A DNA stretch of 57,573 nt from Nitrospirae bacterium CG2_30_70_394. Its GTDB lineage: Bacteria; CG2-30-53-67; CG2-30-70-394. A program made the translations under genes and the position numbers. The notes beneath the pieces are model-generated. The model was not told the DNA's origin, searched no databases, and saw nothing but the letters and a program-made list of their open reading frames with translations. Below are positions 23,818 to 31,791 of the stretch, in pieces. The stretch's first letter is position 1. Each line of letters begins with the position of its first letter. The stretch is from NCBI GenBank assembly GCA_001873295.1, contig MNYW01000016.1:1-57573 (forward strand). Reading direction: 5' to 3'.

Positions 23818-24678
23818 ATGGTGCACAGCATGACGGGCTTCGGCCGGGGTGACGGGCGGGGTGGGGTGCAGGTGGAGCTGCGTTCGGTGAACCACCGCTA
23901 CGGCGAGGTGGTGTGCCGCCTGCCGCGCGAGCTCCTGGGGCTGGAGGAGCGACTGAAGGAGCAGGTCGGCCGGCGTCTGCGGCGGGGCCGGGTGGAGCTC
24001 TTTCTGGCGCGGCCGCTGGCGGTGGGTGGCGGTCGTTTGTGCGTCGACACGGAGGGGCTGAAGGAGGCGGTGGGTGCCCTGCGCATGGTGAAGGAGGCCG
24101 CGGAGGTTGAGGGGGAGATCGACCTTGGCTTGCTGCTGGGCTTTCGCGAGTTTTTCACCATCCAGGTGGGTTCCGTTGACGAGGAGTCGGTCTGGTTGGA
24201 GATCGAGCCCCCCCTCGCGGAGGCCATCCAACAATGGGACATGGCCCGGCGGCGCGAGGGGGCGCAGCTCGTGGTTGACCTGCGCCACCGCCTGGCCACC
24301 CTCGCCACTTTGGTGGCGGAGGTGGAGGGAGAGGCGGGTGGGGTGCGGGAGGAGCTCGGGGAGCGGGTCCGGGCGCGGGTGGCGGAACTCGGCGTCGAGG
24401 TGGAGGCGGGTCGCCTGGAGCAGGAGGTGGCGTTGCTTGCCATGCGCGCCGACATCCAGGAGGAGGTGATTCGCCTGCGCGCCCACCTTGCCACCTTCAC
24501 CGCGGCCCTGGAGGCGGATGGGCCGGTGGGGCGGCGTCTCGATTTTCTCTGTCAGGAGATGGTGCGGGAGACCAACACCATCGGCTCGAAGTCCTCGCGC
24601 CTGTCGATCACCGAGCGGGTGATGCGCCTGAAGGAGACGATTGAGCAGGTGCGCGAGCAGGTGCAAAACCTTGAGTGA
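23818..24678 (+). CDS. yicC: YicC-family stress-induced protein
   Basis: MVHSMTGFGRG N-terminus, C-terminal EMVRETNTIGSKS, SD GGAGAGGTGG. Confidence 0.85.
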   Translation: MVHSMTGFGRGDGRGGVQVELRSVNHRYGEVVCRLPRELLGLEERLKEQVGRRLRRGRVELFLARPLAVGGGRLCVDTEGLKEAVGALRMVKEAAEVEGEIDLGLLLGFREFFTIQVGSVDEESVWLEIEPPLAEAIQQWDMARRREGAQLVVDLRHRLATLATLVAEVEGEAGGVREELGERVRARVAELGVEVEAGRLEQEVALLAMRADIQEEVIRLRAHLATFTAALEADGPVGRRLDFLCQEMVRETNTIGSKSSRLSITERVMRLKETIEQVREQVQNLE

Positions 24679-24685
24679 GGTAAGG

Positions 24686-25351
24686 GTGCGCGATTCTGCT
24701 CTTGGCCCCCTCTTGGCGGTGGTCTCCGCCCCCTCCGGGGCGGGCAAGACCACGTTGTGTAACCAGCTCGTCGAGCGGCTGCCGAACCTCGCCTACACCC
24801 TCTCGCACACCACCCGCATGCCACGCCCGGGCGAGCGCGACGGCCGCGAGTACCACTTCGTCGACGAGGCGACCTTTCAGCGAATGCGCGCGGCGGGCGA
24901 CTTTCTCGAGTGGGCGGAGGTCCACGGCAACCTCTACGGCACCGCCCGGGCGAGCGTCGCCGCCCCCCTTGGCCGTGGCCAGGACGTGGTGGTGGATGTG
25001 GACATCCAAGGTGCGGCGAGCCTCCGCCTCGACCCTTCCCTCGCCCCCACCACCATCTTCGTCTTGCCACCGTCGATGGAGGTCCTCGAACAGCGCCTGC
25101 GGGGTCGTGGCCAAGACGCGCCCGAGGTGATCGCCCGGCGGCTGCACAACGCGGTGCGCGAGATTGCCGCCTGTGACGCCTTCGATTACTGGGTGGTGAA
25201 CGGGGAGCTGGAGTTTGCAAAGACCACATTGGAGGGTATCTTGCGCGTCCGCGCCGGCCGGACGGTGGACTACGCGATGCGGGATCTGGAGGCCCAGGCC
25301 CGCCCCACCACTGCGCGCCGCACCCTCATTCGTGAAACCTTCCGGGTGTGA
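24686..25351 (+). CDS. gmk: Guanylate kinase
   Basis: SAPSGAGKTTL P-loop and SHTTRMPRPGERDGREYHFV. GTG start just after the yicC stop; exact start uncertain. Confidence 0.9.
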   Translation: MRDSALGPLLAVVSAPSGAGKTTLCNQLVERLPNLAYTLSHTTRMPRPGERDGREYHFVDEATFQRMRAAGDFLEWAEVHGNLYGTARASVAAPLGRGQDVVVDVDIQGAASLRLDPSLAPTTIFVLPPSMEVLEQRLRGRGQDAPEVIARRLHNAVREIAACDAFDYWVVNGELEFAKTTLEGILRVRAGRTVDYAMRDLEAQARPTTARRTLIRETFRV

Positions 25352-25389
25352 CCCCCCCGCCCCCACGGGGGCTTCTGAGGAGAGAGAGC

Positions 25390-25932
25390 ATGGCCATTCT
25401 GGAGCCGTTGAAGATCGTCGAGAAGGGCATCGACACCAACCTCTACCGCATCTGCCACCTGGTGGTGCAGCGCGCCCGCGAGCTCCAGGGCGGGGTGCCG
25501 AACCTCATTCCCACCGACTACAAGAAGCCCACTAGCCAGGCGCTGGAGGAGATGCTCGACGGCAAGTTGTCCAGCTACACCGAGGAGGAGTGGGCCAAGG
25601 TGGATGCGCAGCGCGTCGCCGGCCAGATCCCGCCGCCCTACGAGCGGGTCGAGATGGAGGGTGGTTCGACGCCCTCCGTGGATGATCTCGGCGGCTTCAC
25701 CGGCTTTTTGAACGCGGTGAAGCGGGCGGAGCCGAAGATGGTGGGAGGTGGCGTGGCGGTGGAAGAGGTGGAAGAGGTGGTGGAAAAAGACGAGGTGGTG
25801 AGGGTGGTGAAAGAGGATCTGGCGGTCGTGGTCAAGGACAGCTACGACGAGGATGACGAGGACGACGACGAGGATGAGGACGACGAGGAGTCCGACGACG
25901 ACTTGGACGACGACGGAGAGGACGACGAGTAG
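25390..25932 (+). CDS. rpoZ: DNA-directed RNA polymerase omega subunit with a long acidic C-terminal extension
   Basis: N-terminal ~60 aa fit the RpoZ fold (NLYRICHLVVQRARELQ). Canonical gmk-rpoZ order. SD GAGGAGAGAG. The tail ends DEDDEDDDEDEDDEESDDDLDDDGEDDE. Confidence 0.8.
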   Translation: MAILEPLKIVEKGIDTNLYRICHLVVQRARELQGGVPNLIPTDYKKPTSQALEEMLDGKLSSYTEEEWAKVDAQRVAGQIPPPYERVEMEGGSTPSVDDLGGFTGFLNAVKRAEPKMVGGGVAVEEVEEVVEKDEVVRVVKEDLAVVVKDSYDEDDEDDDEDEDDEESDDDLDDDGEDDE

Positions 25933-26010
25933 GAGGGGCGCGGCCGGTGGCCGGTGGTGAGGGGTTGGCCACGGCGATGGTTCGGTTCTCTCCCCACCCC
26001 GCGGCCAGGA

Positions 26011-26178
26011 GGCTGGCGGACCTTGGCGATCGTCACGAGGAGCGGCGGGCTCGCGCTCGGACTGCGAGCCGTTCGTAGTGCGACGTGGGGCTATGGAACG
26101 AAGAATGGGGCTCGATCCGGGGGGCGATCCGCCGCCCCACCCGCCGCTCCACGGTAGAGCGGGACAACGTCCGACAGC
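26011..26178. repeat. Dispersed intergenic element, copy X1, bounded by inverted TGKCG-N5-TGKCG cores
   Basis: Left end GGCTGGCGGACCTTGGCGATCG (26011-26032). Right end GGACAACGTCCGACAGC (26162-26178) is its inverted counterpart. Interior aligns with copy X3. Confidence 0.7.
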
Positions 26179-26191
26179 TTCCTGGGGCGCG

Positions 26192-27427
26192 ATGAGCGGT
26201 GGGGTCCACCCCGAGGGCGATCCCGTTGGCGGTGGGCGGCTGGTCGGGGTTCGCTGCCTGCTGGTCGTGACCGGCTCCATCGCCGCCTACAAGGCGGTCT
26301 TCCTCCTGCGCCAGTTGCAGGGCGAGGGGGCGGTGGTGCGGGTGGCGATGAGCGCGGCGGCGACCCGCTTCGTTGCGCCCCTCACCTTCGCCTCGCTCAC
26401 CGGCGTCCCGGTGATCACCGAGGCCACGCCACCCGTCGAGGGGGAGATCCCGCACGTCGCCGGTGGCCGCGAGGCGGAGGTGGTGATCGTCTGCCCGGCC
26501 ACCGCCAACACCCTCGCCAAGCTCGCCCACGGGCTCGCCGACAACGTGGTGAGCGCGCTGCTCCTCGCCGCGCCGACCCGGTTGCTCCTCGCCCCGGCAA
26601 TGAACCCGCGCATGTGGGACCACCCGGCAACCCGGCGCAACGTGGCGCTGCTGGAGCAAGACGGCCACCGCATCGTCCCGCCTGAAGTAGGGGCGATGGC
26701 GTGCGGTGAGGTCGGGGAGGGGCGGCTGGCGGAGGGGGCGCGGATTGTCGGCGCGGTGGTGGATCTCCTTGGCGGTCTCCCGCTGGCGGGCCGCCGGCTG
26801 CTGGTCTCCGCCGGTGCCACCCGCGAGCACCTCGACGCGGTGCGCTTTCTCTCCAACCCCGCCACCGGGCGCATGGGTTTTGCCCTCGCCGCGGCGGGGC
26901 GTGAGCTGGGCGCCGAGGTGATCGTTGTTCACGGCCCCACCGAGGTGGCGCCCCCGGCGGGCGTGGCCACGGTGGGGGTGGTCAGCGCGGCGGAGATGCT
27001 CGCTGCCTTGGAGCAGTACGTGGCGGGGTGCGACCTCCTGGTGATGGCGGCGGCGGTGGGCGATCTGCGCTTCCCGCACCGCTTGCCGGGCAAGCTGCCG
27101 AAGGGCGAGCTGCCCGCCGCCTTGGCGGTCGAGGAGACCCCCGACCTCCTCGCCGCCCTTGCCGCCCACAAGCGCCCCGGCCAGCTCTTCATCGGCTTTG
27201 CCGCGGAGAGTGGCGACGTGGAGGGTCACGCCCTCGCCAAGCTGAAGCGCAAGGGGATGGACCTCGTGGTCGCCAACGACATCACCGCCCCGGGCATCGG
27301 CTTCGCCTCCCCGGACAACGCCGCCACCCTCCTCGACGGCCAGGGTGGCCGGTGGGAGTTCCCGCGCACCGACAAGCGCACCCTCGCCCGCCAGATCCTC
27401 CTCCAAGCGGCGCGCCTGCTGGGGTGA
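26192..27427 (+). CDS. coaBC: Bifunctional phosphopantothenoylcysteine decarboxylase / phosphopantothenate-cysteine ligase
   Basis: LLVVTGSIAAYK flavoprotein N-domain, PAMNPRMW, and a C-terminal DFP ligase domain (GFAAES...ANDI). Confidence 0.9.
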   Translation: MSGGVHPEGDPVGGGRLVGVRCLLVVTGSIAAYKAVFLLRQLQGEGAVVRVAMSAAATRFVAPLTFASLTGVPVITEATPPVEGEIPHVAGGREAEVVIVCPATANTLAKLAHGLADNVVSALLLAAPTRLLLAPAMNPRMWDHPATRRNVALLEQDGHRIVPPEVGAMACGEVGEGRLAEGARIVGAVVDLLGGLPLAGRRLLVSAGATREHLDAVRFLSNPATGRMGFALAAAGRELGAEVIVVHGPTEVAPPAGVATVGVVSAAEMLAALEQYVAGCDLLVMAAAVGDLRFPHRLPGKLPKGELPAALAVEETPDLLAALAAHKRPGQLFIGFAAESGDVEGHALAKLKRKGMDLVVANDITAPGIGFASPDNAATLLDGQGGRWEFPRTDKRTLARQILLQAARLLG

Positions 27428-27458
27428 GACGGAGAAGACGCGGCGTAGGGGCTTAGGG

Positions 27459-27852
27459 GGCTGTCGAACTTTGTCGATCGGGTGGAACGGCAAGGGGGCG
27501 CGCGCCCGGGTCGGGTTGCGGGTCCCAATAAAGGCAGGCCGCAAAGAAACGCGCATCCCGCCCATGGATGCGAAGGGTGGTCCGGCGTCGGGGAGAGGAG
27601 GTCACGAAGGTCAGAGCGCACCGTCTTAGAAATCGAACCTCGGGTTCCTCCGTCTCCTCAGCCGTGCGCGCCCCGGCCAGGCGGAACCGTCGCCAACCGA
27701 TGCGGTAGGCCGCCCCCTCCCCGTCCACGATTCGTGCCCCTTCGCGTTCATTCGCGGTGTGATCTAAAAAACACCTTCCCCTTCCCTTCCCCAGCGGGAC
27801 CTCTCGCCATCCGACCGCCTGGCCCCAAGGCTTGCCGACAAGGTCCGCCAGA
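27459..27852. repeat. Dispersed intergenic element, copy X2 (largest), bounded by inverted cores
   Basis: Left end GGCTGTCGAACTTTGTCGATCG (27459-27480). Right end CGACAAGGTCCGCCAGA (27836-27852). 27452-27746 is paralogous to 48421-48640 on the minus strand. Confidence 0.75.
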
Positions 27853-27897
27853 CTCCTCGCCCCCTAGCCCGCCTTCCCCCTACAACCTTGAGGGCCC

Positions 27898-29697
27898 ATG
27901 CGCTACGCCACCATTCCGCAGATGTTCTTTTGCCGTGCGGCCCATTTCGGCGGCCAAGACTGCCTGCGCTATCGGGAGGGCGACCACTACCTGCCGATCG
28001 CGTGGAATCGCCTCGCCGAGCGGGTGGCGGCGGTCGCCGCGGGGCTCAGTGCCCACGGGGTGCGGCCCGGGGATCGGGTGGCGTTGTTGGCGGAGAACCG
28101 GCCCGAGTGGGCCCTTGCCGATCTGGCAATCCTCTCGGCCGGCGCGATCACCGTCCCCCTCTACCCGAACGCGACCGCGGAACAGGTGCGCTTCATCCTC
28201 GGCCACGCCGAGGTGTCGCTCTGTCTCTGCTCCACCGGCGAGCAGCTCGCCAAGGTGGCGGAGGCGATCGCCGGCCTGCCGCTGCTGAAGCGCGTCGTCT
28301 GCTTCGACCTCCCCGCGGCGCCGCCCCCCTTCGCCCGCCCGTTGGCGTGGCTGGAGGAGACGCTGCACCACCAGCACCTCCCGGACCTTGAGCGGTGCAC
28401 CGCCGCCAGCGGCCGCACGGCGGATGACGCGGCGTCGATCATCTACACCTCCGGGACCACCGGCGAGCCGAAGGGGGTGGTCCTTACCCACCGCAACTTC
28501 CTCGCCAACGTCGAGGCGGGGCTGGCGGCGATCCCGGTCTTCGACACGGACGTTTGCCTCTCCTTCCTCCCCCTCTCCCACGTCCTCGAACGGACCGTGG
28601 GCTTCTTCCTCATGCTCTACGCCGGCGCCACCATCGCCTACGCCCGCTCGGTCTACACGGTGGGCGAGGACCTGCTGGTGGCCCGGCCGACGATCATGGT
28701 CTCGGTGCCGCGCCTCTACGAGAAGATCTACGCGCGCATCTGGGAGGCGGTGCAGCAGTCCAACCCGGTGCGCCGGGCGATCTTTGCCGGCGGGATGCGC
28801 GTCGCCCACCGGGTGCTGGATATGCACCTCACCCATACCCCCCTGCCGCGCCATCTGGAGGTGAGCTACAGGATTCTCGAACACCTGGTGATGGAGAAGC
28901 TGCGCGAGCGGGTCGGTGGCCGACTGCGGGTGGCGATCTCCGGCGGTGCGCCGCTCAACCCCACCATCGGCCGCTTCTTCAACGCGGCGGGGATCCCGGT
29001 GTTGGAGGGGTACGGCCTCACTGAGGCGTCGCCGGTGATCGCGGTGAACCGGGTGGAGGCCAACCGCATCGGCACGGTCGGGCCGCCGTTGCCGGGGGTG
29101 GAGGTGCGGATCGCGGCCGATGGCGAGATCTTCACCCGTTCCGCCGCGGTGATGCAGGGCTACTACAAGAACCCGGAGGCGACCGCGGCGGCGATCGACT
29201 CGGATGGCTGGCTCGCCACCGGCGACATCGGCCGTCTCGATGAGGCGGGCGCGCTGGTGATCACCGATCGGAAGAAGGACCTGATCGTCACCAGCGGCGG
29301 AAAGAACATCGCGCCGCAGGAGATCGAAGGAAGGCTGGTGTTGGATCGCTTCATTGAACAGGCGGTGGTCTACGGCGACGGCCACAACTACCTCACTGCC
29401 CTGATCGTCCCGGACCTGGCGCAGCTCCGTTCCTACGTTCAGCTCAAGGCGCTACCGGTCGAGGGAGACGCGGCGATCTGCGCCCACCCGCGCGTCGTCG
29501 ACCTCCTGCGCCGGCGCATCGACCTGCAGCTCGCAGACCTCGCCCGCTACCAGCAGATCAAGCGCTTCGCGGTGCGGCCCGAGTTGCTCACCCTCGATGC
29601 CGGCGAGCTCACCCCGACCCTGAAGGTGCGCCGCGCGATCGTCTACAAGCGCTACCGCGACCTCTTCGAGGGGCTGTACGAAGAGGAGCCGGCGTAG
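27898..29697 (+). CDS. Long-chain acyl-CoA synthetase (AMP-forming, FadD-like)
   Basis: AMP-binding signature IIYTSGTTGEPKGVVLTHRN, GYGLTE, TGDIG...DRKKDLI. Confidence 0.85.
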   Translation: MRYATIPQMFFCRAAHFGGQDCLRYREGDHYLPIAWNRLAERVAAVAAGLSAHGVRPGDRVALLAENRPEWALADLAILSAGAITVPLYPNATAEQVRFILGHAEVSLCLCSTGEQLAKVAEAIAGLPLLKRVVCFDLPAAPPPFARPLAWLEETLHHQHLPDLERCTAASGRTADDAASIIYTSGTTGEPKGVVLTHRNFLANVEAGLAAIPVFDTDVCLSFLPLSHVLERTVGFFLMLYAGATIAYARSVYTVGEDLLVARPTIMVSVPRLYEKIYARIWEAVQQSNPVRRAIFAGGMRVAHRVLDMHLTHTPLPRHLEVSYRILEHLVMEKLRERVGGRLRVAISGGAPLNPTIGRFFNAAGIPVLEGYGLTEASPVIAVNRVEANRIGTVGPPLPGVEVRIAADGEIFTRSAAVMQGYYKNPEATAAAIDSDGWLATGDIGRLDEAGALVITDRKKDLIVTSGGKNIAPQEIEGRLVLDRFIEQAVVYGDGHNYLTALIVPDLAQLRSYVQLKALPVEGDAAICAHPRVVDLLRRRIDLQLADLARYQQIKRFAVRPELLTLDAGELTPTLKVRRAIVYKRYRDLFEGLYEEEPA

Positions 29698-30132
29698 GGC
29701 TGAGGCGCGCCGGCGGTGGCGCTGCCACCCCGGCGGTGGCTCCGGGGCGGCAAACAGGCGGAGCGCCCCCCCACCGGCGCGTTGCCAACCGCGGCCCGGT
29801 GGGCCGGTGGGCCGGTCGGGGTCGATGACCTCTCGCCCTGGCCCGGTAGGGTGGTGGGCGGGTGGCCTCCCCGGGGAGAGGCCTCGCGCGCGGCGGAAGG
29901 GAGATGCTTCCGCGCGCCTCCACGGTTGGGGGGTCGGCGATCGGCAGGTGGTCGCGCCGTATTGCCGAGGTCCCGAAGGGAGGCGGTGGGGCGCCGGGGT
30001 GGGTCGACTCCGCGGGCCGTCCGGCGGTTCGCTAGGGGGCGCTTGGCCTCCCCCGCACCCCCTTTTCCGGCCTCCTCGCGCGATCTAGTGTCGGCGGTTG
30101 GCGCGTGCGGGAGGGCGTCACGAGGAGGTGCT

Positions 30133-31509
30133 GTGGAGGCCAAGTCCCACCTCGATCGACAGGAGATCGCCGCCCTCACCGCGGAGGCGTGGAGTGAGCA
30201 GCTCGCCACCGTGGAGGAGGCGGAGGCGCGGTCGATGCTCGCCCAGGTGGAGCCGGATCGCCTTGCCGAGGTCATCCGGCTTCTCGACGCGGCGCTCGCC
30301 GGCCGGGTGGTCGGCCTCTTGCAGCCGGAGCGTGCGGCGGCGGTCCTCAGCCACCTTCCCGACGAGACGGCCGCCGCGGTCCTCGGCCATCCGGCGGTGG
30401 AGCGGGCGGCGGAGGTGGTTCAGGAGCTCGACCCGGACGACGCCGCGGACATCGTCGCCGAGATGGACGCGCCGCAGCGCGACGCCCTGCTGGATGCGTC
30501 GGGCGATGCGGGCGACGTCATCGAGGGGCTCCTCGATTTCCCCGAGGACACCGCCGGCGGCCTGATGACCCCGGAGGTCCTGGCGGTGCGCCGCCAGTGG
30601 ACCGTGGGCGAGGCGATCGACGCGATTCGCCGGCGGGCGGAGGAGCTGGAGCAGATCTACTACACCTACGTGGTGGACAGCGACGACGTGCTCATCGGCG
30701 TGGTCACCATGCGCGACCTCATCCTCGCGCCACCCATGGTCCTGATCGACGACGTGACCCGCAAGGAGGTGGTCTCGGTCTTCGTGGACACGGACCAGGA
30801 GTCGGTGGCGGAGGTGATCTCGCGCCTCAACCTCCTGGCCGTGCCGGTGGTCGACCACAAGGGGCGGCTGGTGGGGATCGTCACCGTCGATGATGTGATT
30901 GACGTCATCCACGCAGAGGCGAGCGAGGACATCCAGCGGCTGGTGGGCGCCGGCGCCGACGAACGCACCGACTCGCCCTTTTCCTATGCCTTGCGCATGC
31001 GCCTGCCGTGGCTGCTGGTGAACCTCGCGACCGCCTTTGCCGCGGCCTCGGTGGTGGGGCTATTTCAATCGACCATCGCCAAGCTCACCTTGCTCGCGGT
31101 CTACATGCCGATCGTCTCGGGCCAGGGGGGTAACACCGGCGCGCAGACCATGGCGGTGGTGATCCGCGGCCTCGCCCTTGGCCAGGTGCCGGTGGGGCAG
31201 GGGCGGCGGGTGATCCTCCGCGAGCTCGGTCTCGGGGTGGTGAACGGCGTGGCGGTGGGTGCGGTCACCGCGGTGATTGCCCAGCTCGCCAGCGGGCGCC
31301 CCGGCCTTGGGGTGGTGATCGGCGCGGCGATGGTTCTGAACATGGCCATGGCGTGTGCCTTTGGCGCCCTCATCCCCCTGGGGCTGCGTCGTGCCGGCCT
31401 CGACCCGGCGCAGGCCTCCTCCATCTTCCTCACCACGGTCACCGACATCGTCGGCTTCGGGGCCTTCCTCGGCCTGGCGGCAGCGGCCCTGCGGATGGGG
31501 TGGATTTAG
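30133..31509 (+). CDS. mgtE: Magnesium transporter MgtE
   Basis: MgtE_N domain, two CBS domains and a C-terminal TM domain (IVSGQGGNTGAQ...TDIVGF). GTG 30133 preceded by GGAGG with a 4-nt spacer. The track ORF N-terminus (from 29716) is artefactual. Confidence 0.9.
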   Translation: MEAKSHLDRQEIAALTAEAWSEQLATVEEAEARSMLAQVEPDRLAEVIRLLDAALAGRVVGLLQPERAAAVLSHLPDETAAAVLGHPAVERAAEVVQELDPDDAADIVAEMDAPQRDALLDASGDAGDVIEGLLDFPEDTAGGLMTPEVLAVRRQWTVGEAIDAIRRRAEELEQIYYTYVVDSDDVLIGVVTMRDLILAPPMVLIDDVTRKEVVSVFVDTDQESVAEVISRLNLLAVPVVDHKGRLVGIVTVDDVIDVIHAEASEDIQRLVGAGADERTDSPFSYALRMRLPWLLVNLATAFAAASVVGLFQSTIAKLTLLAVYMPIVSGQGGNTGAQTMAVVIRGLALGQVPVGQGRRVILRELGLGVVNGVAVGAVTAVIAQLASGRPGLGVVIGAAMVLNMAMACAFGALIPLGLRRAGLDPAQASSIFLTTVTDIVGFGAFLGLAAAALRMGWI

Positions 31510-31643
31510 CTCGGGTCGCTTGCCGGGGTTCGCGGAGGGGAAGCGGGTCGCATCGGGGTGGGGGTCAGCATCGTCGCGCCTGGGCACCCTCCCGCGACGA
31601 TCCGTGGTGAGTTCGGGCGAGGGGGCGGGCGCGGCCGTGGAGA

Positions 31644-31732
31644 GGTTCGTCCCCCCTCGCGTGGGAGCTCTGAGCGGGGCGACTCCCGCGACCGCCACCC
31701 TCACGGTTCGTCCCCCCTCGCGGGGGAGCTCT
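31644..31732 (-). CRISPR. Two-repeat CRISPR-like unit with a type I-E-like repeat (orphan, no cas nearby)
   Basis: GGTTCGTCCCCCCTCGCG(T/G)GGGAGCTCT at 31644-31671 and 31705-31732 (1 mismatch), 61-bp period, unique 33-bp spacer. The minus-strand reading AGAGCTCCCCCGCGAGGGGGGACGAACCG resembles the E. coli I-E repeat. Only two copies. Confidence 0.4.
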
Positions 31733-31791
31733 TGGGCGCGGGGTGCGGGGGGGGCGTCGCGGAGGGGGCGGTGGGCCGTACACTCACCGCC

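Noticed and set aside
27345-27629. Small Arg/Gly-rich ORFs inside elements X2 and X4 (27345-27629 plus, 48455-48667 minus) that share ...CRTL..WNGK...
   Set aside because: The amino-acid similarity follows directly from about 85% nucleotide identity of the element ends. It decays with indels that break the frame. There is no RBS and the composition is low-complexity.
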